Part shown: positions 49,801 to 63,663 of the stretch, piece by piece | Layout: each line of letters opens with the position of its first letter | Numbering within the stretch: the first letter of the stretch is position 1 | Notes under the pieces: model-generated | The model's database searches: none | The model's input: the letters and a program-made list of their open reading frames with translations, nothing else | What the model was told of the DNA's origin: nothing | Program-made: the position numbers and the translations under genes | Assembly (NCBI GenBank): GCA_040954595.2 | Contig: CM082577.2 | Location: forward strand, 4,154,305-4,218,304 | Direction: 5' to 3' | DNA length: 64,000 nt | DNA from: Balanoglossus misakiensis | Lineage: Eukaryota; Animalia; Hemichordata

Positions 49801-50837
49801 TCAATCAAAATCACAGTAGTTCTGGTTTGACATTATGCTTCTCAATATTTCAGCCTGACAAGTCCCATTCGACTATTTTCATGGTCCCTACTGGATTGTA
49901 AATATTTCAATGTGGTTTTTTTCTTCAAAATTGTAATGAGAATCAAAATCTTACCTCCTGCTGTCTTTGGTTTGCGACTACTGAAAGGTGTTTTGGACCC
50001 ACTACGTGGTGTTTTGGAAGGATAGTTCCTGCCGGTCTGTGGCTGCCCTCCTCTGTTGGCACAATTGGCACCATTCAAGTACAGTGCAAAGCCTTGCTCT
50101 CGTTTCTCCATCTCAATTTGTTTATCATCCTTCTGCTGAAGTTTCTTCATTAACCTGGATTATAATACACAAAGTGGCGCATTTATTCGCCTCTCAAAAG
50201 TTTTTCATCTAGACGGGGCCTGGTATGTTAGGTGTAAATTCTTTAAGAAAAGATTGAATGCAATCTCTCTAAACAACAAGAACACACGTGATCATTACCT
50301 GTTTCTTTGCTGTAACAATAACAAATATTCATCATATGCTGGGTTAACTTCTTCCTTTGCTATTGACATTTTCTGCAGAAAGAGAAAGGCTAGCAAGTTA
50401 CAATTAATGTGAAATCAAACATGAATTAGAACAGAAGCACCCAGTAGTTTTAAACATATGTGTTTTTTGAGGGACTCTATTGCACCTAAAAAATCTCAAA
50501 CTAAACATACATTGTAATGATAATGATAAAATTAATTTTCTGATGAATTTCTCACAATCTCCAATGTTTTACTTACTTTTTCTGTAGGCAGCTTTATATC
50601 ACCAGTGCCCATGTCCCACTGTTTTCTCTGATATCCTATATACATTGAAATCAAAGACAGTTGATAAACTTATGCTGGAGAACTTTAAATGCAGACTACA
50701 TTATAAGCACGGAGGTAGAAGTGATGGTCCAATGTATTTGTTGCTGTCATATCAATGTAAACGGCCGACGCTACGGAACTGAATCTTGCAAACCCCAAAT
50801 AAACGTACAAAAAATATTTTCGTTACTTACTGTCCAT
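35562..50837 (-). CDS. KATNIP: Katanin-interacting protein (KIAA0556, DUF4457 repeats), multi-exon
   Basis: N-terminal [13 protein letters not shown] and [13 protein letters not shown]; repeated STWGDxxYxGLxGxE, HMWLxP and WNYxKx..RG motifs; C-terminal [13 protein letters not shown]...PYHTILFT and ALRPKTS; ATG 50835-50837, stop 35562-35564. Confidence 0.93.
36629..37898. mobile_element. Non-autonomous foldback DNA transposon with about 530-bp terminal inverted repeats
   Basis: Arms 36629-37159 and 37362-37898 are near-perfect reverse complements, including a (TTG)n/(CAA)n tract; 202-bp spacer; termini CATAG...CTATG; 7-bp direct repeat GGAGCAC at 36622-36628 and 37899-37905. Confidence 0.92.
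38419..39058 (-). other. Two consecutive U12-type (minor spliceosome) GT-AG introns in KATNIP (38898-39058 and 38419-38786)
   Basis: Both donors read GTATCCTTT on the minus strand; branch sites are TCCTTAAC (38908-38915) and a TTCCTTAG variant close to the AG; spliced reading MPCG|FVFQ...LTQN|NIAAYP is in frame. Confidence 0.85.
46816..46909. mobile_element. Copy of the piggyBac-like MITE in a KATNIP intron
   Basis: TAACCCTTTCACCACCATGGTTTGG...GGGGGTGAAAGGGTT, closely similar to the 22670 copy. Confidence 0.75.
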
Positions 50838-51233
50838 TTTGTTATGGGCTCTAATATTAGCACGTCAGAAGAAGAGTTGTCATCTTTAGTACAAACGGCA
50901 ATTCCAACGGAACAAAATGTTGTTTACATTCATTTCGAGTCGTCTCTCCTCCACCAGCTCTCCGCTATGCATTTCGTTTGTTCGTACCTTTCATCACTCC
51001 AGTTTTTTTAAAGAGCGCCGCCAACCTTGTGAAAGTAGGATATGGAAAACTAAAAGGTTTCCCTCAACTCGATTAATCACATGCATACTGCAGTGCATCT
51101 GTCCCTACGACAAAATACATGTATCACGTTCAAGAACATGTGCATACAGATTGCAACCCTTCTCTGTTGTCTGACGGTACTTCGCACAGTTTCTTTATCA
51201 TAAATACATTTTTGGGCTTCCGTTTTGCGGAAG

Positions 51234-54200
51234 ATGGATGTTGTTGCGAAGGAGAAGCCAACAACTGCGGAGATAACAGCCTCATCACCGTGTCTGCAAC
51301 CTGTTTATCACCGGCTGGGGTGCGTATGTTTCGAAATGTCAGCTGTACTGTGGACGGTGTTGTGATTAACAATGTACAGCATAGGATTTCCTTGTAGCTT
51401 TATGATCGCACATGATTTTACAGTAGTGTAGCCTTACAGTACCCCAGACAGCGGCACGTGTCATTGTCATAACCGGACACTGTCGACGTGCATAGCTTTA
51501 ACATGAGATGACATCTTATAAATGATGTTCTAGCTCCTTAGGTTTTACATGAAATGCCATCTTGTATCCTGACGGCTGATTACCCCCCCCCCCCAACGGT
51601 ACAGCTGTGTACCACAGCTAGGCCTCTCACTGGGTCTTACACTGTACTAATGCTTTTGCTTTGAAGTGGGCAAGAGTTGTTCGCCTTGAAGAAGCTGGAC
51701 ACTAGCCTTCCTGTTCGAGGGGAGAAAGACTTTGCACCAGATGGTTCACCATGGCAGACCAATCGTTTACAAGAAGCATACACAACACAGAAAACTATTC
51801 TGTCTGAAGAGAGAGGAGTGAGGCAGTGAGTTCAGCCACTTTAATATTTTGAACTACACCTACGAAGAGCTGACATAACTGTTTAATGTGAATCCCATTA
51901 TATAAGCAAAACATTATTGTTTGAGACTTTTATTATAATTTATTGCCCATACTAGTTCATTATCCTTAGGATATATTCCAAACCAGTAATTTAATTTTTC
52001 ATATCTTCTTGACAGTGGAAGTGTTGCAAAAGCTGTTTGGAACAGTGAAGTTGGGTTAGCCGAAGTCACTGTTGAAAAGGTAGGAAGGATATTTTTTCTT
52101 GAAAGAGAGTTGGTCTATGTTTTCTCTAATTCAAAGAAAATCAAAACTGTCACGTGTTCATTTCAATCAATTTTGACAATTCCTAGCAACTGTTGGTAAT
52201 CCTCAATAACCGTGTGTATCATTCCACTGGAATCTAACTTTCCCTGTCATGGACTAATTTCAGGGCAAATTTTGGCTAACCATGGGTCACCACAAGATTG
52301 GAAAGAAATGGCTTTATCCTGAGGAGGCGTTGTTTCTCATTGATGTTGTAAGTTCTTAGAATTAGATAAATAATTCTTTTAACATCGTTAAAGTGTAAAA
52401 ACAAAACCAAAAGGAGACTTTGGTGAAATCAGATTAAAAGGAATCATCATGAATCTCAATCCATTTACAGGGAGTGCTGGAATTATTCTATGATGGTATC
52501 ACTTTATCAGTGCAAGAAGCCTACACAATGATAATACCAGAAAATATACCTATGGAATACTATCAGGTATGAAATGTTTTTCTAATAGACCGTAATATGT
52601 ACCATATATAACCAATAAGAAATATCCCTTCACCTAATTTTATTTACTGTTCACAAAAATTATATCTGTATTCTTTATAGGTATACAGACATCTCCTAAC
52701 ATTGGGTTATATTGTGACGAGACATCATGGGTAGGTTCAACTCTTTCATGTGATACTGTTACCAGCACTTCATTTCACAAACTTGTAATGCTACGTATTA
52801 AATTATAGCAAATTATTATAGCTCATATGAGCACATATAAGATGTAAATACAACTTACATATTACTGACTGCAAAATTGGTGCGATTTTTGAAAGAGATA
52901 TCAAAAATATACAAGTGGGTTTGACTGTAGAAAAAAAGAGAGGATTTGTGATTGGTATTTACTCAAATTGCAGTATTGTATGCCGTCTTCCAGGTCACGC
53001 TTCACACAGTACGAACGAACCATACGGTTGGATCAGTACATCTCCCGATCAAGATACTCGCCGCTGCGGTCTCTGCACTGGCAGCAGGAAAGTTCGGAAA
53101 GCTACGACCCAGCCAGCACGAGCAGCGAATGTGACGGCAGGTATATCAGACACCATACCCCCTTGAGCATAACCGGCAGCAGTGGAGACTCGCAGTCCCC
53201 GAAATCATCCCTGTCGGCATCGGATTCAGACTGTTCCCAGGATTCGCTGGATTACTTCTCTGATGGGACTGTTGTGCCCGTCAAAATACCCGAGCCCGAG
53301 CCACAACCCGAAGCGTACTCCATCAATCTTCTTGAATTCAAGAGAAAAATGGAGGAAAGGGAAAGTGGGGATAACACGGTGGAGGAAGACAGGAACCGAA
53401 AAAGACTAAAGAAAGAAAACGGCAAGCAGGTGGATGTTAAAAATAATGACAAAAATTCAAACGGAAAAGAACATGCTAGGTTGAAGGAAAAGGATAATGA
53501 GAAGGAAAAAGTGTCGCCTAGGAAACGATCCAGAAGCTGGGAACCGGAAAATAAGCTGCCGTATTCCTCAGATAGTTCTGATTATTGTAAAACTCGGCCC
53601 AAGCATTTTCGCCCGAATGAGTTTGCGAACGAATCCTCGTCAGTTGATATAAATGATGTTTTTGACGTGTTCAGAGATCTAGCCAAACGTCCGGTGCCGT
53701 TTGGCCAAGCACTAACATTTACAAATCAGCTTAAGGCCTGCAACACCGAGGAAAGAAACCCAGACTGGAATTTCAATGAGATTTTGTTTCCGAATCACGC
53801 GGAGGACATTGTGCTGAACGAGTTACCGCTGATGAAGCCGGGTGTGCTGCCTGAAAGTATTGAACTGGCCACTCGAGAGAAACTGCAGATGGACGCGAAC
53901 AACATGCTCAAACTTCAGCAGCTGATACACATCTCTCACAACGTCATGAAAACCTCCGAGTCCATGGCCGCGATGTCGAAGACCGTCTGTGAGCGTGTGA
54001 AGGCTATCGGGCCGGGGGAGATCAGAGCAGGCAGGCAAGTGACTGCAGCCGCCAGGCCGAGAAACTGGACCGAGTTTAAGAAACTGCAAAGACAGCAACA
54101 GCAGAGAAACGCCATCAAGAATAGTGACAATCCGTGGGAAGGAGACAGTATACAACCGCTGGTTCACCCATCGAGGGCCACTGATACAGGTACGGAAATG

Positions 54201-55207
54201 TATTGAAATGTGTGTCCAGGTTGGCATTTGAGTTACCAGCTACAAGTCAAATACCACGGGCTGGGTCTATTGGACAGGAATTCTGTTGATATTAAATGTT
54301 CATGAGATGCCACCAGAGGTTGAATGCATAACAAATCAGGGACAAGTCTGCATATTAGACCAGGGTATTGTTCCCATTGGAATGTATATGTGCATGCTTG
54401 ATCGTACAGGTTATGCCATGGTGAGAATTTTAACTTGATTTGGTGCATTTTCTTTCTTATACAGCCAGTCTCCTTGATCAACTGAAAATAATTCCTAATG
54501 TGAATACTAGTATCAGTGGAGACAGAAGGTAAATATGTCAATTTTACATCATCATATGTTTTGAGAACTAAAAAATAAGCAATTAAACATGCAAGTTTTT
54601 GAAAAAAAAATCTGTTCTGACATGGTCATTGCAGGGTCACTACACATAGACAATATCCAATTCAACAATTTACCATTTACCAGTATGTACAAATTGTTCA
54701 TTTGTTTTTCCAGGTTTATGAATGAGGGATCGATGTCAAGCCAGATTGTCTTTGATATTTATCTACCAGACTCTGGGTACAAGAAGAGCAACCCGGGCAA
54801 ACCACACCTTCGTGTGTGCATCATGACGTAAGTTTCTTGAGTAATTAACCCTTTCACCACCATGGTTCAGTCCAAAGTCATATGGTGAAGTTGAACCTCT
54901 CAAGAGGGAACTGGGGTGAAACTTGAAAGAGTTAAATTTGGAATACTTTGGTGATAAGAATATTCTTAAAATATACCGGTACAAGCAAGTGATTGTCAAA
55001 GTTCAGTCTGTTCACAACATATCCAATAATTCTCTTTGATTTCTTTCTTCCAGTTATGAAGACCCTCCACCCTCGCTGCACACCATGGCTTCGCTGATGA
55101 GTCAAAGTCAAGGGGTCCCCCTGCTCTGGGCTGTCTTGGATAATGGAGATATCACGTTCAATGTATTCCATGATGTCAGCTTACCTCGTGAGATTAGCCT
55201 AGGATAG
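51234..55207 (+). CDS. TSEN54: tRNA-splicing endonuclease subunit Sen54
   Basis: Exons about 51234-51319, 51667-51825 (ELF...GEKDFAPDGS..Q), 52016-52079, 52264-52347 (GKFWLTMG...LYPEEALFL), 52471-52566, 52681-52730 (VYRHLLTLGYIV), 52994-54189, 54465-54528, 54714-54827 (FDIYLPDSGYKKSNPGKP), 55054-55207 (WAVLDNGDITF). Confidence 0.92.
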
Positions 55208-56216
55208 GAAGCGCTAACAACGATACACTTCAGCAGATTTCAATATTTATCAGAAACTTTATGGCAGTTCTTTATGAAACTATAATTCTTAATGTTTTTC
55301 ACTTGCACCTGCTTGGATATTTCAAACTTGTGCATGGTAAAAAAATTCTTTGTTGAGCTGTATGTGGCTCAGCTGTATTTCAGTTATCATGCACAAATTC
55401 AAACGCAGTTTGGATAAGTTTCTGCTTTCACTGAAATTGTGCATTTTGATCTTATTCAGCATTCATAGATGGTCCCTCAAATACATGCTGATTTGCTATG
55501 GTCTGCAAGACCTGACACAATCAAAAAACTATTGTATAATAGAAAATACAGTGTTCATATTTTTTCAAGCTCATGTCATTTACTGGAAGTTTCAACCACA
55601 ATTAAAGTATACTTTCTATGTTTTTCATGTTAAAATTTCATTAAGCAGTAAATTTGTTGAAGTATTTTGATGCACAGATTATAACTATGAAAATTTAATT
55701 TCTTAGTTGGAATATAAATCAGTATAAATTCCTTTCATTAGAGCCTGTAATTGAATGAACAGAGACTCAATCTCTATTGCTGCTTTTGTTGTATGAAATA
55801 AAGTAACACAATTCTACTTGACGTACTCGTGTGCCTTATTTTGTTGATCTTGCGTGTACGATAGACCAAGACCAAACACATTCTTATTGGACATGCTGAA
55901 CCTCAAGTGATGCAGTTGATCACAGGTTATTTATTACACTCAAAGAGTAAGACTGCATATAGCCAGAGCAATCAATGTAAGAAATATTTTTCAGTAAAAA
56001 TACACCACATTTAGATGCGTGTGAGGGGATAGCGCCCTCTGTGGCCTAGGTGACCTCGGGATGACCCTGGGAGGGATGACCGGGAATGACCCCATCAGCT
56101 GACTGGTAATTCGTACACTTGTTTTCTGTGACTTCAAAGTCGAAAAGGGCTCGAGATCGGTGTCAGCCGCTGATAAGAATGTGACATACACATTGGCGTC
56201 AGAAGTGGCAGCTAGA

Positions 56217-59200
56217 ATGAACTTCAATACTTTACAGATTATGTCCCTCACCGCCTTCGCCAGTTGCCTGTACGTTTTAGTCACTATTGCTGAAGCTGGT
56301 GTTCTCTCATTGGACGGGAAGTGGACGATTAGCAATGGAAGTAAGTTGGTAATTTATACTACCAAAGGCCTGTGATAAAATACATTGATTCTGAGCCTGT
56401 GGTGCAATTGGGTTTAGGGGGCGTGGTCGGGGGGCGTGGCGTGGCGTTTCGTTTGCTTTGAAAAGGGTGCATTCGAGGTCATTACTGCGTCCATAGTGAT
56501 GGGGGGGGGGGGGGGGGGGAGACAATATAGAGGACCATTCTATGGCCTGGTAATTATTATAGTTATGTCAAAGTAAAAGAGTCACAGTATTGTTGTAATA
56601 TTCATTTGTTCAGTCAAGATTGTTATATGAAGCAGTTGCAAAGTATAAATTCACTGTTGCAGGACATATAACCCGACCCGACCTTTAGATTAATCGCAAA
56701 ACTCTTATGCTGTTTTTTTCCAGATATTACTGTGGAAGGTGACGTCCCTGGCAGTGAACACATGGCATTGTATAATGCCAAGGTGATTTCTGATCCATTG
56801 TATCGATTCAACGATGCAGAATACCGATGGATTCGTCTTTCTAATTGGACTTATTCCAGAAAATTCAATGGTAATATGCCATGGCATTTATATATTAACA
56901 CAGTTACAGTAAGTCTGGTGCCCTAATGAATTTGTGTTCAAAGTGAGGTCGATGGGAAAAGTTGACCAATTACATCAAGGAGATTCCCAATTGGCCTCAC
57001 TTTGAGTTCAAATTCACGATGGCTGCATGAGGGCGCTAGACCTTAATGGAAAGCGTGTATCAGACAAATTATTTATTACACAAATTAAACTGTACTTAAT
57101 AACCAAAAGAACAGTTTGGTGTGGATTAATAAGTTTTGTCACTTTATCTGTTCCAGTTACTAAGGCAGAGATTGGTATGAGTAGTGTTGTCATGGTAGCA
57201 GAGGGTCTGGACACCATAGCAACCATTGTGATCAATGGAAAAGTAGTTGGGAAGGCTATGAATATGTTTGTTAGATATGTCTTTGATATCAAGTCAGCCA
57301 TTAAGGTGAGTGATCCCCAGAAGAGTGATTTGTTGCTGTCTTGGGCCATTTTATGAATAGAAACCAAGTAGGACTGTCTGCTTGCTCATGTGACAGTGTG
57401 GGAGATAAAATTGGCAAAGACTGCACTGGGTTTCAACTGTTGCTAATGGAATTCTTGGTGACCATGAACTTGCTTAGTTCATAGTAATGATTCATCCACC
57501 CCCTTTACCTGTGTACATATGTGTGACCACTTTCATCTGCAATCAAGAAATGTTGAAAAGTACGACAACTACACCAAAGTCACTCTTACTCAGTCTGCTG
57601 TGTACTTCCTAGGAAGGTCAAAATGAAATTGTGGTGAAGTTTGAGTCGGCACTGGAATATGCGAATCAGACGGCTCAGAAATATCCCTACGTGGTTCCTC
57701 CGACTTCTCTTCCCCCTGAGGAACATTCGGAACACCATGCAAATTTTATCCGGAAGTCACAGTCCTCGTTTGGTTGGGATTTTGCTCCAGCATTTGCCCC
57801 ACAAGGAATTTGGTAAGGAAAATCCTTTTGTACATTAGTACATGCCAGTGTGCCGTCTAGTTCAAGAAATTGATCGACAAAAGAAAAGATATTTATTATT
57901 CAGCATATGCTCACATTTCCATGTCAAAACAAACTTTAAACTCAGTCATCACGGACATTTCAAACTCCTCCCTGGCATACTGGCGAGAACTTTGCCCCAG
58001 GGGTACACCAGTAGTATCACAGAGCTACTCTATTGACATAACACGTTTTGATTTTATAATAATATTCTACAGGAAGAGTATCTATATTGAAACTTGGAAC
58101 TGTGCAACATTGCGGGATGTCTCTGGGATACCCATGAGAAGTAAGTCTTCATATGACTGTTTGGTGTTTTTGGGTCGAAGTTGACTGTATCACTGGCATG
58201 TGGTTCTCATTCTGTTCATCATCTGGTCGTTGGCTTGACCACAGTCTCCCTATCGAGGCGAAGATGTCTGTTATACTTGTACATGTATAAACCAAACTTC
58301 ACTCGCATGATTGCCACAGCTGACGGTGTCTTCTATGATACAAAGACAAGTCTATACACACTTCAAAACTGGACACCATTCTCTTTTCATCACAGGCTTT
58401 TCTCATCCCCAACTGTGGATCCTGAATGTCACCGCTTACGTCAACGTCGCCGACAACGCAAAGGTCAAAGGTCAGGCGCTGGACCTGATGGTGACCGTGC
58501 CGGCGCTGGGAAGTGAGCATGGAAAGAGCTTCCAGGTCACGCCTGGAAAACATGAAGCTGTTAGCATCATTGTCAGTGCAAAGGGGGTAAATTGAGCGAA
58601 GTCACTTGTTTGTTTTGGTGATAAACAACTGTCGTTTGAGGGAATGATATTGTGTCATAGTCTGTACAAGTAATAGCTACAATTTTACTTCTGAGATACC
58701 CCTAAGGTCATATCTGACAGTGTTAATGTTCAGGTTAAATATTGTACATTAAACATTTTTCTGGTAGTTGCCAATTTTGATCTATGTGGACTAATATAAG
58801 CTGTACTATATGATCATTGCCAGGCCAAAACATGGTGGCCCAATGGATATGGTGAACAGCCACTCTATGACGTCAACGTGGAATTGATGTGCCCAGTCTT
58901 TCAGGAAAAGTCCACCAAGCAATTTACAGTTGCATTCCGGACTGTTGAGTTGGTGCAGGAACCATTACCAGAGAAGAACCCAACAGGTCTGTGGATGTAT
59001 TGCCATAAGGCAGTGTGCTAAACAACAAACAAGATGGCCACAACCATAGTCTGTGTTTGAGATCAAGCAAATGTGATGAAAAGAAGTGACAAAACTTAAG
59101 TTAACTTATAGAGTTTAGTGCGATATATAATATATCATAGTGCAGTGGTCAACCAACATGAACTAATACAATAATATTTGCGATAAATTATTGATTTTGA

Positions 59201-62200
59201 CTACATTTTTCTGCAGGTTTAAGTTTTTACTTCAAGATTAATGACAGACCCATATTTATGAAGGGATCCAACTGGAGCCCAGCAGATGTTTTCCAGGAGA
59301 GAGTCACCTCTGAAATCCTGGAAAACAGACTGCAATCCACCGTGGACGCCAATATGAACATTTTACGCGTTTGGGGTGGTGGAATTTATGAACAGGATGC
59401 GTTCTACGACAAAGCAGACCGCCTTGGGATAATGTTGTGGCAGGATCTCATGTATGCTTGTGCCCTTTACCCGACCAACGAAGAATTCTTGAATTCTGTT
59501 AAACAGGAAGTTACTCAACAGGTAGCAATTATTTGAGTTCGATTTTCACAAGATAGTACTAGCATTCAATTCCACCCTCACGTCCTTGAAATTATTAGCT
59601 GTGTTTTCATGTCAGACAAGAACATGTTTACATATTTCTGTGCATTTATCAGAAACTTTCATTGTATATTTTAATATTGATGAAAAGTTGACAAATTACA
59701 AATGTGCTGTTCTTGTGGTAGGTGAAAAGGCTGGGTCATCATCCGAGTATTATTGTGTGGAGTGGAAACAATGAAAATGAAGTGGCATTAGCAGGTGGAT
59801 GGTAAGTTGTCAACAATCATGTTTTACGTGACATAGATGGTTAATTCATAAAAAGTAATTCCTCTTCTTTCTTTTTGCAACAGGTATGAATCTGTCGTAT
59901 CCAAGAACAGAACTCTGTATTACAATGACTACAGAAAGCTTTACATAGATACCATGATGCCAATTGTCAAAACGCTGGATGTGACAAGGCCATTTATGTC
60001 GTCAAGTCCAACTAATGGTGCCGAGTCAGAAACCGAAGGTTGGATTGCCAAGAATCCTCAGGATCCTCAATATGGAGATGGTAACTATGGCAACACTTCT
60101 TGATAAATTTAACCCTTTCATACCCACCTGTTTTTTAGGGATGATTTACATGTGTTTATTTTGTACCTTCTTGATCACTGTTTATCAACCTAGTGCACAA
60201 CTACAACTACTATGCTGACTGCTGGGACGTGACAAATTTTCCAAAACCCAGATTTTCTTCTGAGTTTGGCTACCAATCCTGGCCATCATTTGAGTCCATT
60301 CAGAAAATATCCAAGGCGGAAGATTGGAACTACAGAAGTAATTTCAGTACCTACAGGAACCACCATCCATTAGGTATGCAAAGTATAGCTTCATGATGTC
60401 GACCATTTTGAACATTGAAAATATCATTGCTGATATTCAAGAAGTGCTGACGATTGGCATTTCAGAAATCTTTCTTGTATGCTTGCATTTTCAGTTTATT
60501 TTCTCCTTTTAGTGAAACGTGTAGGATAAAATATATTAATATGAAAACAAGCTTTGCAACAAATTTGGTTTGGTTTTCAGGAAGTCTGTGATAAAAATTA
60601 TGTGTAACAAATTTAAATGTGTTCATGTTGAAAATAGGCAACGATCAGATGTTGAATATTGCACAGCAACATTTCAAGGTACCGCAAACAAATGACACCC
60701 AACAGGATTACAAAGATATAATATATCTAACACAGGTACTGTGCCCTCCATGTGTAGAACACCCCCAGAAGCAATTAAGTAGACCCCTGTTTCTATATTC
60801 AAAACCATGCATGCTTTGGACTATACCACTGTAGTGTGGGGATTAGCTGACTGTTGGCGTGCACCCTTTTCAGGTGGCATTGAGATGGCACTGTTAGCAG
60901 CACTTCACTTCCAATTGCCCGTAACAACTAACACCACACAGAAGTTTCTAGATATGATTTATCTAACCCAGGTAAAATTTAACGAAGGTCAAAGACTTTT
61001 CACCAAAATACATAGCTATAATTGCTTTCACTATCATGATCAGTGAAACAAACCAGTAAGTGAATGTCATGTGATGTGAATGTCAGCTATTCTCAGCCAG
61101 ATTTTCAACATTTACTTATCGACCACCGGTCAACGCATGATGTTAATTAACTTTAACAGATTACACATGCCCTCTGTACGAAGTCCGAGATGGAATACTA
61201 CCGTTCCCTGCAGAGTAGTCTGGATGAAAAAGGTCTGGGAAGAACCATGGGTGGCCTCTATTGGCAGCTGAATGAAATGTGGCAGGCGCCAACATGGGCT
61301 TCAATTGGTAAATATAGAACCCGTGTAACAAAGCTGATCGAAATGTGATCAACCATTCTTTAGATACATTCACAATACCGGTACTTGATCGAGAAAATAT
61401 TGCTTGAAAGTGAGAACAAGAAAGTTATTTATTTTCAATTGATGAAATAACTTACTGCATTGGACCAAAAAATACATAATTTTACAGAAAAAGATTACCA
61501 AATAGAAGCTTTCTTTTTCTCAACAGAATACAGCGGTAAATGGAAAATGCTTCATTATTTTGCAAAAAACTTTTTTTCACCCATAATTGTGGTGAGCTAC
61601 ATCATAGATGGAACTGTACATGTCCATGGTGTGTCAGATTCTACAAATGATCTCCCGAATGTTGTTGCCACGGTAACTCTGTGGCAGTGGGACTCGTTTC
61701 AACCATTGTTTGTGTGGAATAACACATATAACCAGGTAGGAGAAATTCCTAGTAACACTTGAACCTGCCATTGACAGCATGCATATCATACCAGTGTTCA
61801 CCTTTATTTCCTTGTGCTTTGTCAGACCTCAGTTTTGACAAACACATTTTCCAGACCCTTTCACGTAGAACCACATGTTAAAAGAACCTCTATAACCCGG
61901 ATACCTGCAAACCAATTTCTTCAGTCCCTTTGGTGTTCGGTTTAGACAGGTTTTACTGTACAAATGAAGTCCCTGATAGTTTGTTTGATGATCTTGTTTT
62001 CTTTGGATCTTCCTCTTTTGCAGACGGCACAGTCGTCTGTTCCAATCTTCTCTAAGAAGCTGTCCGAGCTGCTGTCAGCTGGTAAATGTCCAGATCAGAC
62101 CAGGTGCTTTCTGACCTTTGACCTCATATCAGGTGGCAAAGCGGTCAGTCCGACCAACACCTTGTATGTGACTGGATTCAACAAGGCTCAAGGGGTCAAG

Positions 62201-62580
62201 AAGGTTAACCTTACAGTAAGTGAAATTTTGCACATAGCTCAACCAAAAGAAATTAAATTCAGTGTTTGATTCAGTTGATCACCATGCTCCAGATGTGGAC
62301 AAACACAAAAGACAGTCAGTCACCCGTTATTTGTTTATCTTTTCAGGTCACCAAGGTAACCCAACAAGGCGACAAAGTCTTTGATGTCGAGTTGAAGACC
62401 GACAGCATCACAACTTTCACCTGGCTGGAAGCACTGGGCATTGCGGGACGTTTCTCTGACAACGGATTTTTGATGACAGCGCCAACTGCAAAAATCAGCT
62501 TTTATGCCTGGGAGAAAACCACCGTTAGCGATCTGCAGAAAGCTCTAACAGTGAAAACATACAACAATATGAACGAGTGA
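56217..62580 (+). CDS. MANBA: Lysosomal beta-mannosidase (GH2), multi-exon, with signal peptide
   Basis: [35 protein letters not shown], acid/base WSGNNENE (about 59758-59781), nucleophile [38 protein letters not shown]; stop 62578-62580. Confidence 0.96.
60638..60735 (+). CDS. MANBA duplicated exon, variant A: [33 protein letters not shown]
   Basis: TAG acceptor, CAG|GTACT donor, 98 nt, phase 1 in and phase 0 out. Confidence 0.85.
60874..60971 (+). CDS. MANBA duplicated exon, variant B: [33 protein letters not shown]
   Basis: TTTTCAG acceptor, CAG|GTAAA donor, 98 nt, same phases as variant A, gap-free alignment to it. Confidence 0.85.
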
Positions 62581-63663
62581 AAACTAAGGTGGTTGTTTGT
62601 GTTCAAATGGCCATCCATGCTGATCATAGATAGAAAAGGATGTACCGGGTATAGAAGTCTTTTAACGACCATTTGGTGACATGGTTTTTGCATGACCACC
62701 CTTGTGGAAATCCGTGATTGGCTAGATTGAAACTTTTCCATGGTAGATGAATATGTAATGAATTATTGTGAATAGAATGTTGCAGATTTCAAGTGGTGAA
62801 AAAAGGTAACCTTTTTAAATATAAAAAAGTGAAATGTGAAAATACACCTATTACTTAAAACAACAAAGTTACCACTTGCTCTTTAAAAATGATTGTTTTT
62901 CCCTGATTTTGCTTAGCACTGTTGAACAGAAATAAATTATCTCGGGCTTGTGAGAACATAAAATAAAATAAATTAATAATAAAATTAAATGACAGATCCT
63001 CATCAGTCTAACATACATTCACTGCAGGCAGCCCTGAAAGTGTATCAGGAATCTGATGTACCTGAGATTGTTGCCTTAAAAATTAGGCTTGATAAGGTTT
63101 TCTAAGGAGTATGCGTCATAATTGTTCACTTTTGTTCACTACTTGAATACCAGGTAACCCAAATATACAAAATACAGTTCTTTAGAATATATCCTCCTAT
63201 TAAATAGGACCATTTTACAGATTATCAACTTTATATCAACAAACAAATCTACATCAACAAAGGTTTTGAGCCAAACAACCATTCAATGTCAACAAGAACT
63301 AATGTGAGAACCAGGGATTGAAAACTGCCCCTTTAAACCTGAAAAAATACTTGTAAATTTTCCAACACCGAATTATACGTATAGGGATTGCATCATGAGC
63401 TTCAGTGCTCACCCTGAGAGAATAATTGCAAGAAATGGACAACGATTGATTTTCCAGTCAACAATAAAATACAAAACTCTGTATTGAACACAAGTTTGAA
63501 ATGTTGAAATCAACTCAACATTGAAATTTGACATTTGTCACAAGTTTCAGAAGCTCAAATACTAATCGTCATGTTTCTAGCTATTTCTCCCGTAAAACTG
63601 CACAATGGCACTCTTAACTCCACTGAGTACGACAGGCTTTTATACCCTGCTTCTTGACGTTCA

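Noticed and set aside
52968-54206. 412-aa ORF as a stand-alone or transposon gene
   Set aside because: It is the large low-complexity internal exon of TSEN54, with in-phase splice sites on both sides.
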